A stretch of 64,000 bases of DNA, from contig DF236960.1 in the NCBI GenBank assembly GCA_000708835.1, forward strand, positions 25,807 through 89,806, read 5' to 3'. Made by a program: the position numbers and the translations under genes. The notes under the pieces are model-generated. The model was given only the letters and a program-made list of their open reading frames with translations. It made no database searches and was not told the DNA's origin. How positions within the stretch are numbered: position 1 is the stretch's first letter; each line of letters opens with the position of its first letter. Below, piece after piece: positions 47,901 to 56,700 of the stretch. The DNA comes from Klebsormidium nitens. Lineage: Eukaryota; Plantae; Klebsormidiophyceae.

Positions 47901-50900
47901 TCATAGCCAAGGCTCCCAGTGGGACACATTAACCTTTAAAACCAAGATTAAATAAGGTGTTCTATATATTCTCCTTTTAAAAGAGACCCAATCCCCGACT
48001 TCCTTGCAGGTCCCCAGCCCCCTCGGGTCCCTCTGATGTCTTCCCTCGACCACTCCCGCGCCTCCGAGTCCCCCGGCCAAGGCTCCCGGTGGGCCGCCTT
48101 GATCGTATACAGCAACCCGACCGCTCGGCGCATTCTGTCGGCGCAGCTCCACCAGTGGGGAATGCGGGCGACAGCTGTCAGCAGCGCGGTCGAAGCGGTG
48201 GATCTGATCCGCGAGGGCACGCACCAGTTCAACATCGCGTTGCTGGACCATCGACTACAAGGTGGGTGGTTTTGGCTTTCTCACCCTTGACTTGTGTCGC
48301 ATGTGTAACGAGTCCGGCGAATGTTTGGCTGGCCCGTCTGGCAATATGTCGCCTAGTCTCCTTGCTCGATTCCGATTTCAAGGGATCTGATTCGCGAGGG
48401 GGCGCACCAGTTCAGCATCGCGTTGCTGGACCATCGATTGCAAGGCGCGTCGTCCACGGCGCAGGACCCGTCTAGTGGAAAAAGGATTTCTCGGAAGTTC
48501 GGCTAGCCCCCGAAAGATTGTCGCCGCAAAGAGTTTCTAGACCTAGTTCGTGGTGGATCCAATCGAGAGGAAGCAGCACTTTGCGCTAGATTCGGTTGTA
48601 AGGGGGGACGCATCAATCGATGATGGAATACAGGCCGCAACCGAGGGAGGCTGTCTTTGCCAATTGTGAAGTGGCTACCACAGCGTCAAACCATTTGTGC
48701 AATGTGCAACACGTCGCCGCTGGTCGTCCTGACGTCTTTTGACGTCACTCGATTATCCACCTCCGACTGAACGAACCTAGGTGCTAATCAGCCGAGGTTT
48801 GCTTGTACCAGGTACAATTGGGCTTGCGTGCGCCCAGTTGATTCAAGGAGACCAGCGCGCTTCGCACCTACTGCTGGTCCTGCCGACGTCGTTTGACGTC
48901 ATCCACTCTACTCACCCTTTTCGACTGAGTTAACCCGGAAGTTAACCAGCTGAGGTTTGCTTGTACCAGGTACGAACGGGCTGGCGTGCGCCCAGTTGAT
49001 CCAGAGGGAGCAGCGCGCCTCGCACCTGCCGCTCGTCCTGCTGACGTCGATCGGGAGGCGGCCGACGTCAGAGAGCATGGGCATGACCGCGACGGACACT
49101 CACTTTGTGGCGTGCATCAGCAAGCCGGTGAAAGCGCAGCAGCTGCGTGACGTCATCGTCAAAGTGTGCGGAGCAAAGGGAAACGGGGTGGGTATCTGAA
49201 CTTCTTCTTTCCCATATCTCTGTTTTTTCGCCGGCTGTTGCACCCTTGTGTCTGCCCTTTCTTACAACGTCCGAGGGCCGGAGCGAAGCAAACAACTTCC
49301 GATAATGTTGAAGTGTGTGAAGCCAAGATCTGGAAGTAAGAAGCTCCTTCAGAGCGAAGTACTGTCTGCCAACCAAACAAGGAAGCAGAATCAGGTTCCG
49401 GGCGTCAGTTTTTAAAGGCTTCCCCTTTTGTCTTCGATTCCGCGAACGGCAGACGCTGTGCCACGACACGCGCTTCCCAAGCATTTTTCTAAAAGCATGT
49501 CCGCTAATACTTCTGGTGGGAACTCGAAAGTGACCTGAACGCTGAATCAATACCAAAAGCAGAGAACTCTCTCGAGTTAGGTGTTAGTTGGAGAGCACTG
49601 CAAGCCACAATTCTTTGAGGATCAAGCATTGATTGCTTTTTGATTTGCTCGGCTAGGCGAGCGGCAAGCTGGGCCATGTTACACGATCACCCAGCATGTC
49701 TGCAAAGACGTACCCGCTAAAGCACTGGTGGCCAAAGATCTATAAGCTAATGAAGCCCAACCCAGAAAAGTTTCCACTCTTAAGCACAACTGAAGCCGAA
49801 TCTTTTTGAAGATCAAGCTCTAAAAGCGTGTCATTCTTCTTCCCCCAGGCGAGCGGCAAGCTGGGCCACGTAACGCGCACGTCCAGCATGTCGGCAAAGA
49901 CGTACCCTCTGAAACAAATGCTGGCGGGCTGTCAATAACTAGACACCTGATAGACCCTTAAACTGGGAAACTTCAACGAAAGTCAACCACTTGTTTAAGA
50001 ACAACTGAAACCAGATTTTGGAATGTCAGGTTCTAAACTTAACTCTACTTTCCGCCAGGCGAGCGGGAAGCTGGGCCACGTAACGCGCACGCCCAGCATG
50101 TCTGCAAAGACGTACCCGCTAAAGCACTGATGGCCAATGATCTATAAGCTAGTGAAGCCCAACCCAGAAAGGTTTCCGCGCTTAAGCACAACTGAAGCCG
50201 ATTTTTTTGGAAATTCAAGCTCAAAAAGCCTGTCATTTTTCTTTCCCCAGGCGAGCGGCAAACTGGGCCATATAACGCGCACGCCCAGCATGTCTGCGAA
50301 AACGTACCCACTGAAACTACTGGTAGCGGAGGACAATTCGGTGAACGTGAAGGTCGTGCTGAGGCTGCTCAGCCGGTTAGGGTACACGGCGGATGTCGCG
50401 ACAAACGGGAAGGAGGCGCTCGAGATGGCGCAGCGCACAGCGTAAGACAATCAGAACTCTGAAACTCCTTCGAGACATGGGAGCTCGAGGTTGGAAGTCT
50501 CGTAAACCTTCTTACCGCTGCCAATCCGATGTTTCGCCTTTCTTAATTCCGTGCTAGAGGCTTTGGATGAGAACCTGCTCAAAACTAAGACCCTAGGTCC
50601 TGCCTGGTGTTGCTCTTCAGGTCGATATGACTTTTTCTACCCGCTTTGACGCAAGTACGACGCCATCCATGACGTCCGCTGTCGGACGTGGACGGCTTTT
50701 AGTCCACTTTGAGCGAAGCGCCGAAACGAAACTTCTATCCACATTCCAAAACGCATTGATGTCCTGACATGAGTCGATCTGACGACTATAAACTGGTGCT
50801 GACGCAGGTATGACGTCATCCTGTGCGACGTCCACATGCCGGAGATGGACGGCTTGGAGGCCGCGGCGCGCATCAAGCAGACGTGCCGGCCGGCACCCAC

Positions 50901-51371
50901 GATCGTGGCGGTAACGGCCGCGGCGTTGCAGGAGGAGCGGCAACAATGCCTTAATGCGGGCATGGACTTGTGAGCACCCATCGCAGTCTTTGTTCATATC
51001 TTATTCTCGGGAAGACGTGTTTAAATATTGGTTCGAAGTTGCAAGAAGCGGGCTTTGCGGGCGGATTGTCTATATTGACCGCGAGCGTTGAGCACGAAGC
51101 TTTGATCCACTTTTTTTGGTTCGGCTTCCTTCGACACCAGAGACGTCGTACGTTCTCACTGATTGTTAATGTTCCTTCGCAGTTCTTCGTCAGGCTAGAT
51201 TCCAACTGATTGCCAATCCGGATGAAAAGTCCTGGTCGGAGGGACACTTTTACTGATGGTATAAATGTGGTCAGGTACATATCGAAACCAATTCAGGCGG
51301 AGGCATTGGCGAAGGCGTTGGTCACAGGGTGGGAGATCCAACACAAACAGTCGAAGGCAGTTGCGCAGTGA
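35908..51371 (+). CDS. Membrane-anchored hybrid histidine kinase: TM - PAS/PAC x3 - HisKA - HATPase_c - atypical REC - REC, 19 exons, ~1095 aa
   Basis: Exons 35908-36540, 38355-38549, 38950-39053, 39669-39720, 40402-40475, 40933-41021, 41696-41817, 42418-42564, 42974-43107, 43496-43649, 44284-44434, 45084-45275, 45947-46054, 46708-46920, 48010-48261, 48970-49187, 50251-50441, 50808-50969, 51275-51371 (3288 nt, every phase matches). H-box [15 protein letters not shown]-box [15 protein letters not shown]1 VQDTGIGI, G2 [10 protein letters not shown]; REC2 [30 protein letters not shown] motifs [14 protein letters not shown] and [21 protein letters not shown]. Confidence 0.92.
41890..42360 (+). 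repeat. Donor echo of HK exon 7 (41898-41965) and acceptor echo of HK exon 8 (42270-42360)
   Basis: AGGAAGGAGTTCCAACAGATTGCTGACGTGTCGCTGGCGATCGTTTTCAAGCGCCAG|GTGAGA, and TTCATCAGCAAAGCCTTTGAGCAGCTGGCCGG, each matching its neighbouring exon. Confidence 0.85.
43700..44225 (+). repeat. Echoes around the HK H-box intron: two donor-side (CATGAGCCACGAGA) and two acceptor-side copies
   Basis: CATGAGCCACGAGA at ~43706 and ~43819; ttccag|C(T/C)ATTGAACGCC at ~44033 and 44134, ahead of the real exon at 44284. Confidence 0.85.
44670..46650 (+). repeat. Further single echoes in HK introns 11-13
   Basis: Donor echo of exon 11 at ~44670-44705, acceptor echo of exon 12 at ~44885-44955, donor echo of exon 12 at ~45385-45458, acceptor echo of exon 14 at ~46570-46640. 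The span covers separate short copies, not one continuous repeat. Confidence 0.7.
47100..47935 (+). repeat. About five acceptor-side echoes of HK exon 15, spaced ~170-190 bp
   Basis: cag|(G/A)TC(C/T)C(C)A(A/G)(C/T)CCCCT...(G/A)ACCACT...G(C/T)CAAGGC(T/C)C recurs at ~47310, ~47472, ~47661 and ~47841, with a more decayed copy at ~47115; the real exon is at 48010. Confidence 0.8.
48380..48905 (+). repeat. Donor echo of HK exon 15 and acceptor echo(es) of HK exon 16
   Basis: GATCTGATTCGCGAGGGGGCGCACCAGTTCAGCATCGCGTTGCTGGACCATCGATTGCAAG|gc at 48385-48446; cttgtaccag|GTACAATTGGGCTTGCGTGCGCCCAGTTGAT at ~48800-48900. Confidence 0.85.
49650..50135 (+). repeat. Three acceptor-side echoes of HK exon 17 (~200-bp unit)
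   Basis: ag|GCGAGCGG(C/G)AAGCTGGGCCA..CCAGCATGTC(T/G)GCAAAGACGTACCC at ~49658, ~49849 and 50059, with upstream intron sequence also repeated; the real exon is at 50251. Confidence 0.9.
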
Positions 51372-53749
51372 CGTAAGCAGAGGTACAATCGAACCCGCAC
51401 GCAGTACTCACGTTCAGTTGACAGTTGCGCGCTAGTCAAATATGAGTAGCCTGACCTTTTGAGTTGCTGGCTCTGACAGAAGTAATTTGCAAGTTCAGCC
51501 GCATGTCTGGCGCTACTGAATCCCAATAAACGAATGATGTTAATCTGGAGCAAGTTGACTTGTTCGGATTTGGCCGTGCATCTTCATGTAGGTCGCGAGC
51601 CGCCGAGCCATGCGGCGCTAGATCCGACTTAGCTTCATTCACGTGTAATCATTTGTAGAAAACCCTGAGGAGTATTGAACAACATCCTCTGTTTGAGTCA
51701 AAAGTACTTAGTAGGATCCTCAGCTAGCCTCTAGTAAACATGAGTTGCAGATTGAGTCTTGCAGGGCCCTCTGCGTGACGAAGCTTGACACTTTGGGTTG
51801 TGGGTCAAGATAAGTTTCTAAAGGTTCCACATGCAAGCGCATGTCACATCCTTTGCCTTCAAGGTCCTTATTTAAGCGGACCACGTAAAGTCTAGTACGT
51901 AGCGCAATTCTGCGGATGGGAGGTACGCTTGACATGTCCCTAGCTTTCAATGCAAAACCTGAGTAGTATACAAGGTACAGATTAGCTACACCCCACCACG
52001 CCTATAGTGGATCGTAAATCCCGGTGCCAGCGTATGGCCCCCTCACTTGCATAAACTTCACCGAAACGCTACAACGTTATGAGTCGCATCTCGTTTTGAA
52101 CCCGGAACAAGTGACTGTCGAACGACTTGATCCGGCGTGACAATAAGCCTAGTAGCCTGCTGACCAGCTGCGGCCTATAGCCTGCGGCCTATAGGCGTGC
52201 AAGTTCATTGCGGCGCCGCCCACGTTGACGTGATCGGACAGCTAGCCTAGCTACGTTCAGTAAAATCCAGAGATCCGACTTGCATATGGAAGCAATGGCA
52301 TTAACGTGCGATCATAAGTGACAACGTAGCCTCAGTATCATAGTATGCAAGTTGAAGCCCTATATATGGTGAGTCCGATCCGGATCTAAACTATAGATGC
52401 ATGGACGGTCCGCGCTACGTACCATGAGCTCGTCATTGGCGCCCCCTGTGCTCGTCACACCGGACTCGTCATTCATTCATTGACTCACAGTGAATCATTC
52501 ATTGAATAGGTCTATAGCTCTGCAGCTAGTTAGCTTTAGCACAGTATATCGTCGGTGCACCGGACACCCAACTGTCGATTGGATCTGGACCGGACGTACT
52601 GACAAACATTTTTCAGGTCGCGATCTATTCAACTTTTCTAGCTAAACACTTATAGGCGGCTATTGGTTCACGAATCGAAAGTTCCTAAGTCACCTAGTAA
52701 TCATCAAATCACTGAGTAATACATGAATATATTCGTCATTGAATCAGCTCATGCATCCAGTTCTGTAATTAGCCATGGCAATCATTGATCCGGTTGTAAA
52801 TTTGCAAGGTTCAAATGTCAATATATCGTGGGTTTAAGTTACGTGTTACTTTAAGTACCAATCATCACTCCGGACGTACGGTTCGACGTGACTAGCTCTC
52901 TTGCGAGCCTGGGCCGTCATGTATGCAAAAGGTTAAGCGCGGTGTGACTTATACTGCGTCGGATTGAAAATTAAGTGTGACGTATACTGCTTGCTCGAAT
53001 TAGTGCATGGTCAACAACTGTACTACTCTGATCCATATGCGATTGAAAATGATGTCGTACGTAGCTAGCTCCGAGCATAATTGCATGCCGCATGGCCGGT
53101 CCGTCGATCCGACGCAATTGATTGCCAGTTGTATATCGGAGAGTTTCCAAGTCCGGTCGCCCAATGATCCTCCAATTGCCAGGACAATCACTCAGGCGAA
53201 CATCACGCCACTGAGCCTGCAAGAAATACCTTGTTGCGTGTTCGATAACGAACTACAAAGAACGCTTGATCATTTCAAAATTGTACGGGGTCCACAAACA
53301 TGCTTTGCACTACACCGGGCAGCTTTTGAAATCATGAGCATACTTCTTTCCAACTCGGTGTAAATGCCTCACTGAGTGATGACCCGAGCCCGTCCTGCGC
53401 TGCGCTACCACATGTCTTTGAAAGGAATCATGACGTCGCTACCGTCCCAACATGACTATTTACCGTCGTAGTATAACGAATGATGCCGCTAACTGTCACT
53501 GCTCTAGCCGCTCATTTTGACCAAGTCTCCCGTTACCGTTGACTTTGACGCCGCTAGCTGAAAATGCAGGGCTTTCTCTACAACAAGGCAACACCTGACA
53601 CATACCGCCCATTGTACAAGTTATCATGTACGACACCTCGAAAAATAGCAATGCAGCTAAGCTTTTCTCAAACGTAATCAAAACAGCAATGCAGCTACTG
53701 TGAGCATTTCTTAAACGACAGAGTAAGTTGACCACAATCTCAAGATCGC

Positions 53750-56700
53750 TTAGGGGGACGCCTCGCTAAAGTTGTGTCCCCAGGTCGACCAGCTCGGAAG
53801 TTGGCATCCCGCCACGCTTGACGGGTCGTAAACCGTTGCCGTAACCTCTTCCAACGCGCGCGCCTGCGGCGCCTCACTCCCTTCGCCCACCGCAGGGGCG
53901 CTCGTATCCAGCTGCCAATCCATGCCCTGGGCCCCGTTGTGACCCCGCGAGTGAGGCGGCGCCGCCGCCTCTAGTTGGTCCACATCCAAAGGTCCCCACC
54001 CCTCCCCCCTAAACCGGCCCTTGAAAACCCCCCCGCCATCGCTCCTCTCTACCGGTTCCCCGTCCCACGAAGCGCCTCTCAAAGGGTCTCTTCCATCCCC
54101 AACCTCGAGCCCAATCTCCGCGCCGAACTGCCCGCCGACGTGCGGCTCACGTTGCGCCACGTGGCGCGTCCCTTGCGCGATGCTAGCGCCTCCGGGGGAG
54201 CAGTCCGAGTAGCTCCTGCTATGGTGGGGCTCGGCCGGGGAGCCCTTTCTCAACACGTTGCCCTCGGTACCAGGACCGGGGGGGTGGTCCCCGGTCAAAG
54301 TCGACAGAAAATGGACCGCAGCTTTCATTTGGAGGTGCGCCCGGTGCAACTGGCGCAGATCCTCCGGGCTCATTTCGCTCGGTTGATCCACCCCGGCCTT
54401 TTCCAGCTGAAGCGCTTGCGCCTCCAGGAGCACATTCAAGTGCTCCGTTACGAGCGTCGTCAACTTGGCCGTCGCATAGTCGCTCGAGTTCCCACCCCCA
54501 CGTGGCGGCGACGGGTTCCCGCCACGTGGCATCTTAGCGTCACCTTTCTCCGCCCGGTTGTGTCCCCCCGCACCAAGCCCGGGACTCAGTCGCGCGCTAT
54601 TATAGGACTCGAAGGCGCGCCCTCCAGGGCTTTGAGCAAAGCCCGGGGAAGCAAACCCCTGCCCCAATGAGAACTGATTCCCGCCGGCAAACCCGAATTT
54701 GGACTTGGCGCCAGGGGTGTGAACAGACTCCTCGGTCTCTCGACCCCAGGCTATGTGCCCCCGCAAATCGCGCCCGTACATCTCGCGCATTGCTTCCAGG
54801 GTCTCAGCAAGCGGGCGCTGGATCTCCGGTCCCGCGCCGACGTGAGCATCCGCCCCCTCGAAAGATTCCGCCCCTTTGAAAGATTCTGTCCGGTTGGCCC
54901 CCTTCGGCGAGCGGAACCGCTTCTCGTCGCCGCTTCCACCCCCCCACGACTGGGGTTTCCGTTTCCTGGCCTCCCCTGAGATCGTCAGGTCCGAGAGGTT
55001 GAACGCACCAAGACCCGGAAACGGTGACTCTTCGACAGAGGACGCAACGCATGGCAGGTCTATAGAAGCGTACCGCCGCAACGAGGGAGCGATGTGTGCT
55101 CGGGGGGCTGGAACCGAGGTTCGCCGAAAGAGGGGGGGCGCGAATAACCCGGATCGTCCTAGGGGGACAGTTTCGATGGGATCCGAAAAGGCGGTCTGGT
55201 GCTCCGACGGATTCGGAGATATCCCGCGAGAGTGCGACGGGAGCCCGCCACACCGAGCCGCCTGCCCCCCCGAAAAGTCGAGCTGAAACGCGCCGAGGAT
55301 CCCGCCAACCGGGCCCTCCTGACCAAGCCCGGCCAACCCCGGCGACTCTGAGAAGCTCGCTAGCGGGTTGTTTGAGAGCTCCTCCGTGGTCAAAGGCCCC
55401 CCTCTCATTCGGGAGACTCCCCCGGCACGTGTTTCCCGCCCCGCAGTCCCGTGTTTCTGCGACAGGGCCACCCACTCCTTGACCCAGTCAAAGGTGGAAC
55501 CCTCCGGGCGCTCGGCGCTGCCCCTATTTGCGCCGGAACCGCCCATTTCGTCCCCAGCGCTCAGGCTTTCTTCAAAGGAAGACGCGTTTTGCGAACCGGC
55601 TGTTGCAGAAGACCTCGGAGAGTTTTCGGAGGCGGTCTTGGGGGGGGACTTGGGCCCGAGTTGGCGCCCCCCTAGGCGGGGCAGCGGATCCAGCGGGAAC
55701 CTCTTCGAGGGGAGGGTGACGTCAGCAGCCAGAAACGCGGGAACGGGCGAAGCGCTCGTCCCTTGCTGCGCCAGCCCGGCGGACTCCACCCCCCGGGGCG
55801 AGATGACGTCAGCCCCCAGGTTAGCGCCCAGGTTACTTGAACGGTCACCGCCCAAACTCCCGTAGCTGTCAACGCGCTTTTCACCTAACCCACGTAGGAT
55901 TGTGGTTGAACCCGGTAGAAGACGCCTCGAGGGCCGTTCCCCGGCAAGAGTGCCCGGTTTGTGACCCCCCTCGGAGGTGGTCGGAGATGTTCCGTCCGTC
56001 GGTTCGGAAGAGCCGCCACGGAATTCCGGCGCGATGGAGACGATCCGCTCGCCGTCGATCTCCAGACCGTACTGACGGAGGAGGGACGCGGCGGGGGGGG
56101 AAGCGTCACGCTGCGAAAGGGGGCGGAAGTATTAGTTACATATACAACACGGCGACCGATGCCCCGTGAGCTCACCTCTTCAGTCGCTCGTAAACGAAAC
56201 GTGGCTCAAATCTGCAGTGACCAGAAGTCAACGACTGTGTTCCGCCTGTTTTCCTCAAGAAGAAGCCGAGAGAGCAAGCAATTGGAGGAAAAATGGATGA
56301 TGCACTTTGGGAAGGATGGAAGCCGGCGAGAATGGCTGAAGTTTCGAGACCGACGATGGTTTCTTTCGATTGCACCACAGTCGTACGTCGAGAAGTTGGA
56401 GGGGTGACGCTCAAAATTCAATGGGAAACTTCAGATGAAGCCTCAACTCTTGAAAGACGTTGGAAAAGGCCCGGCTGTCGAGAAAGTGCGGGAAGAGGAT
56501 GAGTAGAAGAGGGGTCGTCGATGCCAGATCTGAAACTCATCACAGGCTGACTGATTTGCGGATCTCTAGAACCACCTTGCAACCGTCCATCGTACCTAAT
56601 GAAAGCCGACTTCTATTCCTCTCCTTCTGATGAAAGCACAGATGAGAAAGGATTGACGCACGGATTGACTGGTCTGCTAAGCACGAAGTTCTTGAATGAA

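Noticed and set aside
12010-50135. Regularly spaced direct repeats resembling CRISPR arrays or prokaryotic repeat systems
   Set aside because: The units are degenerate copies of adjacent exon boundaries, variable in length, with homologous rather than unique spacers. There are no cas genes, and the context is spliceosomal.
53975-55865. Multiple plus-strand ORFs (up to 231 aa) opposite the MYB C-terminal exon
   Set aside because: Expected in GC-rich low-complexity coding DNA; no recognisable domains.
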